Part shown: one piece after another, positions 24,855 to 34,217 of the stretch
How the letters are laid out: the number at the start of each line of letters is the position of its first letter
Numbering within the stretch: the first letter of the stretch is position 1
IMG/VR virus record: IMGVR_UViG_3300049171_000092
Coordinates: 1 to 64,000 of that record
Reading direction: 5' to 3' (one strand)
DNA: 64,000 nucleotides
From: a virus
The notes under the pieces: model-generated
What the model saw: only the letters and a program-made list of their open reading frames with translations
What the model was told of the DNA's origin: nothing
The model's database searches: none
Program-made: the position numbers and the translations under genes

Positions 24855-24882
24855 GAGCGCCCGGCCGTCTGGCCGGGCGCTC
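24855..24882 (+). terminator. Terminator hairpin
   Basis: GAGCGCCCGGCC gtct GGCCGGGCGCTC, 12-bp perfect stem. Confidence 0.6.
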
Positions 24883-25071
24883 GGGGTTCGGCGATCGCGT
24901 CCTCGAACCATCGCCACTGAGCACCGCGCACGGCGCATCAGGAGGGGCAGCGGCCGTCACCGCCAGGTGTCGCGACAGGATGCCGCGGAACATGCCGCCC
25001 ACCCCAGAATGCCAGAGGCCCGCCTCGACGGGGGGCGAGACGGGCCGAAGCCAGTGTGGCACGGGGTACCG

Positions 25072-25401
25072 CTATCGGCGCCGCCATCCTGGCTTTCCAC
25101 CCATAGGGATGCTGCCCGTCGTCCAGATGCGGGAGCCCTTGCTCAGCTCCCGCCGCTCGGCGAGGAACTCCTGGTACTCCTCTCGCGCGTACTCCTGCAC
25201 CTCCTCCAGCGTGGCGGCGTAACCGGCCCACACCTTGCCGGTCCCCATCACGCTCCAGATGGTGAACTCCCAGGACGGCACCTCGCCGTCGGCAACCTCC
25301 CTTTCGCTGAGCTCTTCCGGATGGATCTCGCCGATCCGGTCGTCGCCGTCGAAGAGGTCGAAGCGCTCCGGATCGTCGGTGGAGCGGATCTCCAGGGTCA
25401 T
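25072..25401 (-). CDS. Hypothetical acidic protein co-transcribed with the recombinase
   Basis: 109-aa track ORF. ATGA overlap with the recombinase stop. Confidence 0.6.
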   Translation of the reverse strand: MTLEIRSTDDPERFDLFDGDDRIGEIHPEELSEREVADGEVPSWEFTIWSVMGTGKVWAGYAATLEEVQEYAREEYQEFLAERRELSKGSRIWTTGSIPMGGKPGWRRR

Positions 25402-25967
25402 GCACGCTCCAGGTACCGGTAGATGGTGGTGCGGGCGACGCCGAGCTCGTTGGCGATGTCCTGCACGGTGTGCTTGCGCTTGCCGTCCTCGCCGAGCTCG
25501 TCGTACATCTCCTGCGCGAGCTTCACCTGCCGCGGCTTGAGTGCCTGCTTCCTGCCGCCGACTCGGCCGCGCGCCCGGGCGGCGGCCAGGCCGTCGTGGG
25601 TACGTTCGACCATCATCGAGTGCTCAAACTCGGCGATGGCGCCGAGGATTGTGAAGAACATGACCCCGGCCGGCGTCGAGGTGTCGATGCCCTGATCCAG
25701 GACGACGAGCGTGATGCCGTTGCCGCGGAGGCGTTCGGACAGCTCGAGCAGGTTCTTCGTGGAGCGGCCGAGCCGGTCCAGCTTGGTGATGACGAACTCG
25801 TCGCCTTCGCGCGCGGCGATGAGCGCCTTGTCGAGTTCGGGCCGGGAGGCGAGCTTTCCGGATGCCTTGTCGACGTAGATCTGGTCGCAGTTCGCCTTGC
25901 GGAGGGCATCCTCCTGGGCTTCGGGGTTCTGGTCTCGGGTCGAGACGCGTCCGTATCCAATCCTCAC
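25398..25967 (-). CDS. Small serine recombinase (resolvase/invertase family)
   Basis: RIGYGRVSTRDQ catalytic Ser motif. LDRLGRS. C-terminal HTH VQDIANELGVARTTIYRYL. GTG 25965-25967 preferred (possibly leaderless); TTG 25985 is the alternative. Confidence 0.9.
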   Translation of the reverse strand: MRIGYGRVSTRDQNPEAQEDALRKANCDQIYVDKASGKLASRPELDKALIAAREGDEFVITKLDRLGRSTKNLLELSERLRGNGITLVVLDQGIDTSTPAGVMFFTILGAIAEFEHSMMVERTHDGLAAARARGRVGGRKQALKPRQVKLAQEMYDELGEDGKRKHTVQDIANELGVARTTIYRYLERA

Positions 25968-25977
25968 AGACGGAGCG

Positions 25978-26050
25978 TAGCGCAAACGGGGGTTAGCGCA
26001 ACATAGTTAAGGACACGAGTTTGCGTCACTTCCGGCCTGCGGTAACGCAG
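25978..26050. promoter_or_regulatory. res-like cluster of TA(G/A)CGCA(A/G) half-sites
   Basis: TAGCGCAA at 25978-25985 and 25994-26001. Inverted TTGCGTCA at 26021-26028. TAACGCAG at 26043-26050. Directly upstream of the recombinase gene. Confidence 0.45.
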
Positions 26051-26116
26051 TTGAGGCGGAAGTGTCGCCATACGATCGTTTGTGGACACGACGCCAGCCC
26101 GTGCCACACTCCCGCC

Positions 26117-26290
26117 ATGAAGACATGCGCCACCTGCCGCCGGGCCTACGACGAGTCAGACAAGGACGCCGCCGAGGAGCACACCGAACCTCTCTACTGC
26201 TCACGGACGTCGAAACGCTGCAACCGCTGCGATGGCAAGCCGAGCTGCTACACCTGCGGCGACTCGTTCTGCCTTTGCCACGGCCACTGA
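26117..26290 (+). CDS. Cys-rich mini-protein (57 aa)
   Basis: MKTCATCRR...CNRCDGKPSCYTCGDSFCLCHGH. ATG 26117 lies within track ORF 26021..26290. Confidence 0.45.
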   Translation: MKTCATCRRAYDESDKDAAEEHTEPLYCSRTSKRCNRCDGKPSCYTCGDSFCLCHGH

Positions 26291-26394
26291 CTCCCAACAT
26301 GGCAAGGGGCCCCACTCCTCGATGGGAGCGGGGCCCGCGATATGGCATGTTATCGAGAGGCAGACAGCCCAACTGGCCTATCTGCAAACGACGA

Positions 26395-26434
26395 AGCGCC
26401 CCACTCCCCTGCCGAAGCAGGAGAGCGGGGCGCT
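26395..26434. terminator. Bidirectional terminator at the end of the lysis cassette
   Basis: AGCGCCCCACTCCCCTGC cgaa GCAGGAGAGCGGGGCGCT. Confidence 0.6.
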
Positions 26435-26439
26435 GTCGT

Positions 26440-26595
26440 TCACGCGGGTTCGTCGTCGGGCGGCCAGTCCGGCTCGAGGAACGGGTTCGTGGCCGGCGCG
26501 GGGACGGGCGGCGGTTCTTCCTGCCCGAGCTGCACCAGCGACCTGACGTCGGCGGCCGTGTCGTTCCTGCGTGGCCGGAGGGGGATCGGATCCAT
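26440..26595 (-). CDS. Possible 51-aa Pro-rich protein
   Basis: Below the track cutoff. ATG 26593-26595 lies 3 nt after the upstream stop. Nearly all codons end in G/C. Confidence 0.35.
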   Translation of the reverse strand: MDPIPLRPRRNDTAADVRSLVQLGQEEPPPVPAPATNPFLEPDWPPDDEPA

Positions 26596-26598
26596 GGG

Positions 26599-26925
26599 TC
26601 ACACTCCAGTTCGGTTGCGGCTTTCCCGCTGGGCCTGCAGCAGGATGCGGATGCGCTGCGCGATCAGCGCACTGATCACCAGCGCCAGTGCCGTCCGAAC
26701 CCCCCGCAGGATGAAGGCGATACAGCCGTCCGGCCACAGCGTGACGAGGACGGTGTACAGGAACAGCAGCCCGATCGCGGCCGGCAGCCCCATGAGGTTG
26801 CGGCCGGTCTGGGACCTCCACCACGTCGTCTTCACGTGGTAGATGACGACGAATGCGGCGCAGACCAGCGTGGCCAGTGCCGACGCGATCAGGTTGACCC
26901 ACATGTCGACGCCCATCTCTTTCAC
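26599..26925 (-). CDS. Membrane protein (3 predicted TM helices)
   Basis: 108-aa track ORF with hydrophobic segments LIASALATLVCAAFVVIY, LPAAIGLLFLYTVLVTLW and ALALVISALIA. Confidence 0.65.
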   Translation of the reverse strand: MKEMGVDMWVNLIASALATLVCAAFVVIYHVKTTWWRSQTGRNLMGLPAAIGLLFLYTVLVTLWPDGCIAFILRGVRTALALVISALIAQRIRILLQAQRESRNRTGV

Positions 26926-27134
26926 TACGGTGCTCCTCTGAACGCGGCCTCGATCCGCTCCCTGAAATGGTTCTCCTCGCGGGCGTGCCGGAGCTTCGCG
27001 GCCACAGCGGAGACCAAGGGCTGCCGAGCCTCGGCCTGCTGGCGTGCCTCCCGTGCCCGCTCCAGGGCGGCTTCGGCGTCGCTTGGCTCGGTGCGGTCAC
27101 ATCCGAGGACGAGGCGCCTGACCCATCCGATCAC
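26925..27134 (-). CDS. Hypothetical small protein (lysis cassette)
   Basis: 69-aa track ORF. Start uncertain because it overlaps the upstream gene by 38 nt. Confidence 0.45.
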   Translation of the reverse strand: MIGWVRRLVLGCDRTEPSDAEAALERAREARQQAEARQPLVSAVAAKLRHAREENHFRERIEAAFRGAP

Positions 27135-27417
27135 CGGCGTTCACCTCCTCCTCGTCCGCGTGCCCCGGATGGGGCAGGGCGGTGAGGATGTGACCGCCGA
27201 GCTTGGCCATCTCCAGCAGCTCGCCGGTCTGTTCGTGCTCGACCTTGCGGGCCGCCTCGCTTTCGAGGAACGCCTGCCGCCAGTTGTCTCTGTCGGCGAG
27301 GGCGTCCTCGTGGGTCTTCCGGGGCACGAGGCGGCCGGTGAGGACCAGCAGGACGACGACTACGAGGAGCGTGACGGCTCCAGCGTCGCCTGGGTTGACG
27401 CCGAAGACCTCGCTCAC
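27097..27417 (-). CDS. Membrane-anchored lysis-cassette protein
   Basis: N-terminal TM helix AVTLLVVVVLLVLTG followed by a charged helical region. Confidence 0.55.
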   Translation of the reverse strand: MSEVFGVNPGDAGAVTLLVVVVLLVLTGRLVPRKTHEDALADRDNWRQAFLESEAARKVEHEQTGELLEMAKLGGHILTALPHPGHADEEEVNAGDRMGQAPRPRM

Positions 27418-27459
27418 TGCGCCCTCCCCTTATGTAAGTGGTGCACCGTCGCGTGTCGC

Positions 27460-27831
27460 TCACGCCGCCTTGACAAGGCTGGACTGCTCGACGCGCAGGG
27501 CGGCGATGGGCGCAGTCACCTGTGGACGCACGATGAACAGAGCGACAAGGCTCTCGATGGCCAGCATCCAGTTGGCCTGCTGCTCGGCGCTCATGTTGAG
27601 GCCGAACGCCAGGTACAGGGCGATCGCGGCGTGCCCGAGGTTGACGAGGGCTGCGAACGCGGCACCGGTCTTCAGGATGAACGCCTCGGCGACGGCGACG
27701 ACGCAGGACAGGAACACCATGATGGCGGCCTGCAGTTCGGCGGACACGTCGAGCCCGTAGGCGGAGCTCAGCTTGAGGGCGACGGCGATGAACGCGAGGA
27801 TCGTCACCGGCTCTCTGCCGAAGATCTTCAT
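27460..27831 (-). CDS. Holin-like protein (about 4 TM helices)
   Basis: 123 aa, hydrophobic, immediately downstream of the endolysin gene. Confidence 0.65.
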   Translation of the reverse strand: MKIFGREPVTILAFIAVALKLSSAYGLDVSAELQAAIMVFLSCVVAVAEAFILKTGAAFAALVNLGHAAIALYLAFGLNMSAEQQANWMLAIESLVALFIVRPQVTAPIAALRVEQSSLVKAA

Positions 27832-27834
27832 GGG

Positions 27835-28932
27835 TCAGGATTCCTTCCAGACGAGCGCCGACAGCACGGCGCTGTCGACAGTGATCGGCGTCGCCGACTG
27901 GTTCAACAGCCGCACGCGCATCCCCCGGCCGGCGGCGAGCCGCTTCGTCAGGGGCACCACGGCGAAGGTGCCGCCCGCCGTGCCGACCACTTCGGCGATG
28001 GGGTGGTCGGCCTTGTGGTCGTCGCCCTGGTACTCCGACATGCGGACCTGGACGACGCCGCCGACGGGGAGGCCCTCGAGGCGCAGGCTGACGGTGCCGG
28101 TGAAGCGGGCCGGGCCACGGGCCCATACGCTGCCGCCGGTCGCGTGATCCCCCGCGGTGTCGTTCCACTCGGCCGTGAACTCGACGCTGTCCCACGCGCC
28201 GGGCGCCAGGGTGTACGACTTCGCGATGCCCAGGTTCACGTAATCCGGCATGTCGCTGTCCTCCTGCTCGTCGTCGGTGGGGTTCCAGCTCGCCGGGTGG
28301 GCCAGGCGCTCGGCGACATCGGCGCGGAACTGGCGCATCGAGAACACGAACCGCCCGCGGCTGCCGTAGCGCTCGACCGGACCCTTCGGGTCGATCTTGC
28401 CCTCGACGCTCGTTTCGAGGTGACCGGCCACCGACCGCTGCGACCAGCCGTGGAAGCGGCAGATGGCGGCGTTGAACCGGACCCAGGTGTCGTACTGCTC
28501 GGCCGTGTACGGGTCGACGCCGTCGCCGCGGTTCTCCGTCTCGATGGCGTACAGGGCGTCGTTGCCGTCGACGGTGCCGGACGCCTTCGACGGCGCCGGA
28601 AGGTCCCGCTCGTCCACGAGCGCGTCATACACGTTCTTCGCGACCGGGCCCGCGTGGTTGGCGCGGCCGTCAGCAACGAGCGTCAGCACGCCCGACTTCG
28701 GCAGGTAGGCGTGCGCGAGCGGCGGCGGCAGGTTCGGAACGCCGTCGTAGGCGACCGCCCGCAGGGAGTCGACACCGGCCGTGTGGTGGTTGAGGACCGC
28801 GTTCACTGGCCCGAACGTCTTGCCCGTCGCCGCGTCCCGGCCGCGCGTCGTCCAGCCGGGCAGCTCGACGAACCGCACTCCCTCGGCCCGGAGCGCCCCA
28901 CGCCACTGGTCAGGCGTCATCGGTGCCGCCAT
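27835..28932 (-). CDS. Endolysin: N-acetylmuramoyl-L-alanine amidase (PGRP/amidase_2) with unknown C-terminal domain
   Basis: NHHTAG, ANHAG, IETENRG, GHLETS..GKIDP zinc-amidase pattern. Confidence 0.88.
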   Translation of the reverse strand: MAAPMTPDQWRGALRAEGVRFVELPGWTTRGRDAATGKTFGPVNAVLNHHTAGVDSLRAVAYDGVPNLPPPLAHAYLPKSGVLTLVADGRANHAGPVAKNVYDALVDERDLPAPSKASGTVDGNDALYAIETENRGDGVDPYTAEQYDTWVRFNAAICRFHGWSQRSVAGHLETSVEGKIDPKGPVERYGSRGRFVFSMRQFRADVAERLAHPASWNPTDDEQEDSDMPDYVNLGIAKSYTLAPGAWDSVEFTAEWNDTAGDHATGGSVWARGPARFTGTVSLRLEGLPVGGVVQVRMSEYQGDDHKADHPIAEVVGTAGGTFAVVPLTKRLAAGRGMRVRLLNQSATPITVDSAVLSALVWKES

Positions 28933-29300
28933 CAGCTGTCCCCTTCCGTGACCGGCGGCACGTCCGCCGGGAGTTCCTGCGCGGCGTCTGCCGCCGTGTC
29001 GGCGAGCACGCCGCCCGTGTAGCCGGACAGGCGCCGCGCGACCGCCTCCGGCAGCAGCACGGCGAGCGCGAGGTACGCGACCCGCGCTTCGGCGTCCTGC
29101 GCCGCCTGCCGCTCGGCCACGTCCTGGGCGTGCTGCTCCGTGATAGCGGCGAGTGCGGCTTCGTACTCCTCGGCGCTCACGCCCACCGCGCCGTCCGGCA
29201 CGGGCACGTCCACGCCCTCGGACACGGTGACTTCCCGCACGCCGCCGTCCGGGAGCTGGTAGTACGTCGTCGTCTGGTCCACAGCAACCGCCTTACGCAC
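28932..29300 (-). CDS. Fibre-associated small protein (paralog of 42201..42500)
   Basis: YYQLPDGGVREVTV...AEEYEAAL...LSGY aligns with YYRFDTGALRAVTV...EAEYQQER...ISGY. Confidence 0.6.
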   Translation of the reverse strand: MRKAVAVDQTTTYYQLPDGGVREVTVSEGVDVPVPDGAVGVSAEEYEAALAAITEQHAQDVAERQAAQDAEARVAYLALAVLLPEAVARRLSGYTGGVLADTAADAAQELPADVPPVTEGDS

Positions 29301-30135
29301 TAAGGGGGATCGAGAACAGCCAGGCCCGCAGCGCCGTCTGAATGCGGTTGTAGGTCGCGCCGCCCGCGCCGCGGCCGACCGTCACATCGAGCGTGATCGT
29401 CAGCGAACCCCCGGCAGGGATCGTCGCGTTGTGCATGACGCTGTTCTGCGACTGCCACGACGTGATGTCGGAGCTACCGGTGTTCTTCATGTACGTGAGG
29501 TCGTCGCCGTTGATGCCCGCCGCCGCGGCACCGCCACCGGCCGGCAGGTCGAAACTGACGTCGGCCGCACGATGAATGATCACGAACGCGGCGCGGCACG
29601 GATCCGGGTTCTGCATGGTGATGCTCGCCGTGCGGATGATCGTCTCCGTGGCCGGCACCGCCCGCGCCGTCACCGTGTCGTTCGCCGCCGCCTCGCGGAA
29701 CCGGGCCCGGATCGGCGGGTCGGTCTTGAGCTGGCCCGTGGCCGGGTCGCAGTAGACGCCGCCGCCGTTCGCTCCGATGGGGCAGGTGTACGGCCAGGCC
29801 GCCGTGTTCGCGCGTACCGGGCTCGCGCCCGAGCCGTCGCCGAGCAGACCACACCCCGCCGTCACCGTGGCCGCGCCAGTCGGCACGAACAGCCCGTTGG
29901 GCCGCATCACCGCGTTGTTGCCCGGGTCTTCGGACAGGTCGAGCGAGATCGCGCCCGTCGTCTGGTTGAAATTGATTCCGGCGCCGTTGGACAGGCAGCC
30001 GCGGACCTCCGCGCAGTTGGTGACCGCCGAGACGACGAACGGGTTCGGCGTGCTGCCCGCTCCGCTCACCTCGGCGTTCTCGCCGGCCACGATGACGCAG
30101 TTGCAGCCGGTCCCGCCGCATTGACACCTGGCCAA
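29293..30135 (-). CDS. Fibre-like minor tail protein, copy 2 (paralog of 42513..43370)
   Basis: N-terminus MARCQCGGTGCNCVIVAGENAEVSGAGSTPNPFVVSA. Shared blocks WPYT, NPDPCR(A/P)AFV, GRG.GGAT(Y/F).RIQTA. TTG start. Confidence 0.7.
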   Translation of the reverse strand: MARCQCGGTGCNCVIVAGENAEVSGAGSTPNPFVVSAVTNCAEVRGCLSNGAGINFNQTTGAISLDLSEDPGNNAVMRPNGLFVPTGAATVTAGCGLLGDGSGASPVRANTAAWPYTCPIGANGGGVYCDPATGQLKTDPPIRARFREAAANDTVTARAVPATETIIRTASITMQNPDPCRAAFVIIHRAADVSFDLPAGGGAAAAGINGDDLTYMKNTGSSDITSWQSQNSVMHNATIPAGGSLTITLDVTVGRGAGGATYNRIQTALRAWLFSIPLSA

Positions 30136-30162
30136 GTCACACCGTCCCGAGGTGGATCCTTG

Positions 30163-30183
30163 GCCCGGCCCAGAACCAGCGGC
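30163..30183 (-). promoter_or_regulatory. Late-cassette 21-nt motif, copy 1
   Basis: Coding strand GCCGCTGGTTCTGGGCCGGGC, 27 nt before the start at 30135. TAGACT hexamer 8 nt upstream. Confidence 0.6.
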
Positions 30184-30229
30184 TACCCGTCAGTCTAAGG
30201 CGCACAGGGGTACGCCACGTCGCCCCTGC

Positions 30230-30955
30230 TCAACCGTACAATTCGACGATTACTATGCCGTCCCCGCCTTCACCGCCGTCGACGTCGCCGCCGAAGGACA
30301 GGCCGCCGCCCGCGCCCGCGCCCCTGCCGCGCGGTCCGAGCCCGTTCCCCTCGGTGGTGCGGCCCAGTCCGCCCGTGCCCATGAACGAGTCGCCGCCGTG
30401 ACCGGCCATGCCGTAATTGCCGTTGAGGCGGATCGCCGAGCCCGAAGCGCCGCCGCCCGCCCGGAAGTCGCCGCCCGTGCCCGCGTTGGGGCCGGCAATG
30501 CCCTGCGCCGTGCTCGGCGTGGCCCCGCTCGGCATGTTTGACGTGCCGCCCGCTCCGCCCGGCGCGAAGACGTGCCCGCCGAACTGGGACGAGCCGCCGT
30601 CGCCGCCGTCGGATCCGGCACCGCCGGCCGAGCCGCCTCGCCCGACGATGATCGTCTCGTTCGTGCCGAGCGCCGACACCTGGATCAGGCCCTCGCCGTA
30701 GGCGCCGCCCGCTCCCCCAGGCCGCGCGATCGCCTCGTTCGTGTCGGCGTTCGCGCCCGCCGAACCGCCGCCCGCTCCCTGCACGCGGACCCTGACCCGC
30801 GCGAGCCACGGGTACGACGCCTTGCGGAACGTGAACGTGCCGGGGTCGGCGTACTCGAGGACCTGCCGCAGGCCCATCGTGCCCGGCTTCAGGCACAACT
30901 CCCCGTTGTCCGGGTCGACTACGAAAAAATCATCGCATACGCAAGCCCTTGCCAC
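30230..30955 (-). CDS. Glycine-rich minor tail protein
   Basis: Long GGxGG tracts. N-terminus CVCDD. GTG start. Confidence 0.7.
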   Translation of the reverse strand: MARACVCDDFFVVDPDNGELCLKPGTMGLRQVLEYADPGTFTFRKASYPWLARVRVRVQGAGGGSAGANADTNEAIARPGGAGGAYGEGLIQVSALGTNETIIVGRGGSAGGAGSDGGDGGSSQFGGHVFAPGGAGGTSNMPSGATPSTAQGIAGPNAGTGGDFRAGGGASGSAIRLNGNYGMAGHGGDSFMGTGGLGRTTEGNGLGPRGRGAGAGGGLSFGGDVDGGEGGDGIVIVELYG

Positions 30956-30981
30956 GGTTATCCCCAGATGTCCGAAATGAC

Positions 30982-31002
30982 GCCCGGCCCAAAACCAGCG
31001 GC
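30982..31002 (-). promoter_or_regulatory. Late-cassette motif, copy 2
   Basis: GCCGCTGGTTTTGGGCCGGGC, 26 nt before the start at 30955. TAACCT upstream. Confidence 0.6.
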
Positions 31003-31012
31003 TACGCAGAGG

Positions 31013-31537
31013 TTAGACCGCCGGGGCGCCGCTCGCCGTCATGTGCACCGGCACCCCGGCGCCGGACGGGACCAGCGGCAGCAGGCCCAGGCCGAGCAGC
31101 GCCTGAGTGCGCCACACCCGCACGACGGCCTGCGTCGTGGTGACCTGCTCCAGCGACACCGTCACCGTGCGGTCGTCGGCCGGCGTCGTGTCGACGGCGA
31201 GTGCTGTGATGACGGGCGGCGCGGTGAACGCCTTGGGGAACACCCACGTTGCGCGGCTGTCGGCGGCCGTAGTGACGACCGCCGCGGCAGGCGGTGCGCC
31301 AGGCGGGCCGGGAGGGCCCGACTCGCCGGGCGCACCGGGCGCACCGGGCGCACCTGGCGATCCGGGCTCGCCGGGCGGCCCCGGGCGGCCGGGCTCGCCC
31401 TGCGGACCGCGCTCTCCTTGCTCGCCGCGCGGGCCGGGCCTGCGCGAGCCTGCACGCGCCGCCCGGCCGACCTCGCGCATCACGCCACCCATCGGGTCAC
31501 CCGGCAGCCGCCGGGCCGCTGATCCTCGTACCGCCAT
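31013..31537 (-). CDS. Collagen-like (G-X-Y repeat) minor tail protein
   Basis: [46 protein letters not shown]. Confidence 0.75.
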   Translation of the reverse strand: MAVRGSAARRLPGDPMGGVMREVGRAARAGSRRPGPRGEQGERGPQGEPGRPGPPGEPGSPGAPGAPGAPGESGPPGPPGAPPAAAVVTTAADSRATWVFPKAFTAPPVITALAVDTTPADDRTVTVSLEQVTTTQAVVRVWRTQALLGLGLLPLVPSGAGVPVHMTASGAPAV

Positions 31538-31541
31538 GCCG

Positions 31542-32567
31542 TCAGTCCTCCACGTCGCTCGTGACCGGCGCCAGTTGTACCTTCACGCTCTCGCCGTCGC
31601 CGTCTTCTTCCACCTTCAGTCCCGCGATCTTGAGCCGCTGTGTCAGCGGCCGGCACGTCACTTGCGTGGCCACGTCGACGCACCAGCCCGGCACGAGCGT
31701 CGCCACGTCGACCGCGGCTTCGGGCGACAAGGTCACCTCGTCCGACGACAGGAACACCGGCACCGGGTAGTTCGCCGCCCGGCGCGAGCGGGCCGCCGCC
31801 AGCGCCGACGCGTCCGTCTTGACCGACGTCTGCTCGACGCTGACCTCGAGCAGCCCGTAATAGCCATCAGCGCCGCCCGAGACGCCCTTCACGCCGCTGG
31901 CCTGGTCGCCGTGCACGATGACCCGCGTCGCGAGCTGCGAACCGTCCTCCGCCACGATTAGACCCTCAGGAAGATCCGCGTCGGTCAGCGTGCCCACCGA
32001 CGCCGACCAGTCCTCGGGCATGAGCACGATCGTGTTGCCGACGGCCGTGTAGTCCAGCCCGGTGTCCGCGAGGTCGCGCAAGTGGTCGCCGGTCTGCCCG
32101 TCATCGCGCGTATAGGCGCGTCCGCCCTCGACGCCGGTCGGGCCGAGGATCCGCACCTCGTGCCCGGGGTCGTCGGGGGCGAAGCCGTCCTCGATGAGCC
32201 ATGCCCCGATGTCCGCGAGGTCGGCGCCGGCGAACGTGACCGACTCGTGCGGCACGCGCCGGTCGAGCCAGACGAGAATGTCGCTCGCCCACAGCTCGAC
32301 CTTCCCCAAGGACCACTCGGCCTGGATGATGGGCCCCTCCCACACCGTCACCCCGTCGCGGGCAATGACGAGCTTGTGCCGCCAGGTGCGCACCCGGCCG
32401 AGCTGGGCGCAGCAGTCCCCGTCGGGGTTGATGATGACGTGAGCCGTCGACACGTCATCGAGGACGCGGGACCACTCCACGGAAACGAGGACGTCGGCGT
32501 GGGAGACGACCGCGCCGTCCCGGTCGACGATCAGGGCCGAGTGAACCCCGCAGCCGGCTGACGACAT
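31542..32567 (-). CDS. Minor tail protein (Tal-position)
   Basis: Trimmed to ATG 32565-32567. Follows the Dit-position gene. Confidence 0.6.
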   Translation of the reverse strand: MSSAGCGVHSALIVDRDGAVVSHADVLVSVEWSRVLDDVSTAHVIINPDGDCCAQLGRVRTWRHKLVIARDGVTVWEGPIIQAEWSLGKVELWASDILVWLDRRVPHESVTFAGADLADIGAWLIEDGFAPDDPGHEVRILGPTGVEGGRAYTRDDGQTGDHLRDLADTGLDYTAVGNTIVLMPEDWSASVGTLTDADLPEGLIVAEDGSQLATRVIVHGDQASGVKGVSGGADGYYGLLEVSVEQTSVKTDASALAAARSRRAANYPVPVFLSSDEVTLSPEAAVDVATLVPGWCVDVATQVTCRPLTQRLKIAGLKVEEDGDGESVKVQLAPVTSDVED

Positions 32568-32590
32568 GGGCACCCCTGTGTGAGGAGGTA

Positions 32591-32611
32591 GCCCGGCCCA
32601 CAACCAGCGGC
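32591..32611 (-). promoter_or_regulatory. Late-cassette motif, copy 3
   Basis: GCCGCTGGTTGTGGGCCGGGC, 23 nt before the start at 32567. TAACCT upstream. Confidence 0.6.
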
Positions 32612-32647
32612 ACCATCAGGTTAGGCGGGATGGATCCCCTGGGGTGG

Positions 32648-33991
32648 TCAGTAGCCGCGCCCGGACACGGCGACCGTCACCGTGGCGTCCTCCGCAGGCG
32701 GCACCATCTCATCCGTCTCCAGGCACACGACGAGCGTGCCGCACTCGATCTCCGGCCAGGACGGTGGCGCCCCGTCGCGGCCCCACACATTCGTCGCCGT
32801 CTCGCAGGTGCCGCCGCACTCCACGGTCGCGCGCCCGATCTGCCCGTCGAGCGTCAGCGTGCCACTCGCGGGCACGAACCCCACCTCGTACACGGCGAGC
32901 GGGTCGCAGCGTTTCTTGTCGGCCACCTGCGCCGCGGTCAGGCCCGCGTCGGCATCGCCCCGCTCGTAGAAGCTGATCGTGAGTCGGCGCAGGTCCTCGC
33001 TGCCCGCGTACACGGTGATGACCGGCACGTCCGACGACCAGGCGGGCCGCCCCGTCAGGTCGAGGTCGTAGCACTCCCGGTTGGTGGCGAGCGCTTGGCA
33101 GAAGCAGGAGGCGGGCGATGTCGGCTGCGGCGGCGACGGCGGAGCGCACGACGGGTCGGCGCACGCGGCGCCCGCGTCGGGGCAGCCGCGCAGCCGGCAC
33201 CCGCCGGGCAGGCACTGCGGGAACCAGATCGGCCGGTCGTTGCGGTGCACACACCACTGGATGCAGTCGGTGTCGTCGTCGGTGGGGACGTTCACGCTCA
33301 GCACGGGCGTCTCGTCGGTCCATCCCCACGGCGTGGCGGCGATCAGCACGAACTCGACCGTGAGGATGTCCGCGCCGCGGCTGCACTGCCCTGCCGTACA
33401 GTTTCCGTCGCCGTTCCGCGCGGTCACGGTGGGCCCCTGCACGAGCGCCACACGCCGGTAGGTGCGCCGGTAGCGGGCGAGGAACTCGGCGGGCGTCTGC
33501 TCGTCGCCGGGGCAGCACTTGAGCATCTGCACGCAGTCACCGCCGCACGCGCTGCCCGTGCAGCCCTGCAACGCCTCGCCGAGCCAGTGAAGCCCGTACT
33601 CGACGGCGCAGCACGTCGCGCCGAGGAGAATGCCCGTCACGGTGATCGTGCGGGGCTGCACCCGAGCCGGGCCGAGCGCGCCGCCCCCGGCGACGGAGTT
33701 CGTCACCGTGCGGCGTACCGGGTAGTCGTCGATGCCGTCGAAGTCCAGCGGCAGGAACCCGACGAAGTCGGCGCTCTCGGGCACGTCGGGGTCGTACCAG
33801 GGCGCTGGGCTGTCGGGGTCGTCCGGGGTGGTGTAGGGGGCGTGGTCGAGCGTCTCGGCTGTGAGTGTCTCGCAGCCGCAGATGTCGTCGGCTCCCGACG
33901 TCAGCGGTGATCCGACCGTCGCCAGGTAGGCGCGCAGACGGGCCGTGTTGACCACTTCTATGCCGCCCACGGAAAGGAAGTCGGAGAGCAC
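32648..33991 (-). CDS. Cys-rich minor tail protein (Dit-position)
   Basis: GTG 33989-33991 chosen because the 21-nt motif then lies 24 nt upstream, as in the other eight copies. The track ORF extends to 34054. Confidence 0.6.
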   Translation of the reverse strand: MLSDFLSVGGIEVVNTARLRAYLATVGSPLTSGADDICGCETLTAETLDHAPYTTPDDPDSPAPWYDPDVPESADFVGFLPLDFDGIDDYPVRRTVTNSVAGGGALGPARVQPRTITVTGILLGATCCAVEYGLHWLGEALQGCTGSACGGDCVQMLKCCPGDEQTPAEFLARYRRTYRRVALVQGPTVTARNGDGNCTAGQCSRGADILTVEFVLIAATPWGWTDETPVLSVNVPTDDDTDCIQWCVHRNDRPIWFPQCLPGGCRLRGCPDAGAACADPSCAPPSPPQPTSPASCFCQALATNRECYDLDLTGRPAWSSDVPVITVYAGSEDLRRLTISFYERGDADAGLTAAQVADKKRCDPLAVYEVGFVPASGTLTLDGQIGRATVECGGTCETATNVWGRDGAPPSWPEIECGTLVVCLETDEMVPPAEDATVTVAVSGRGY

Positions 33992-34015
33992 GAGCGAACC
34001 CCCAGAACGCAGAAC

Positions 34016-34036
34016 GCCCGGCCCACAACCAGCAGC
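34016..34036 (-). promoter_or_regulatory. Late-cassette motif, copy 4 (variant)
   Basis: GCTGCTGGTTGTGGGCCGGGC. Confidence 0.5.
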
Positions 34037-34217
34037 GTGTGAAAAGTCTGTCACACCTCACGGAGCATGCTCTGAACTGGCACTTTGCCGGTAAGTACTG
34101 CAACTTTCAGGGTCGTTGGAACGTCGTTATACGTGAGCGGGCCGCCCCGGTGTTGCGACCACCGGAACGGCCCTGACCGACACCCCTTGTGGCTCTTGGA
34201 CCTGAAGGAGTACGGCT

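Noticed and set aside
20565-25984. Inverted 10-mer TGCGCTACGC (20565-20574 and 25975-25984) as ends of an invertible segment containing the recombinase
   Set aside because: It is too short, with no extended dyad symmetry. It is kept only as a testable aside under other findings.
26062-29022. 986-aa plus-strand ORF across the lysis/fibre region
   Set aside because: It is antisense to well-supported minus-strand genes (amidase, holin). Its Arg/Gly/Pro/Ala-rich translation is typical of shadow ORFs in 70% GC DNA, and it has no SD.
31013-31537. Collagen G-X-Y repeats as eukaryotic contamination
   Set aside because: The gene is embedded in the phage tail operon with matching GC and codon use. 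Collagen-like fibres are common in phages.
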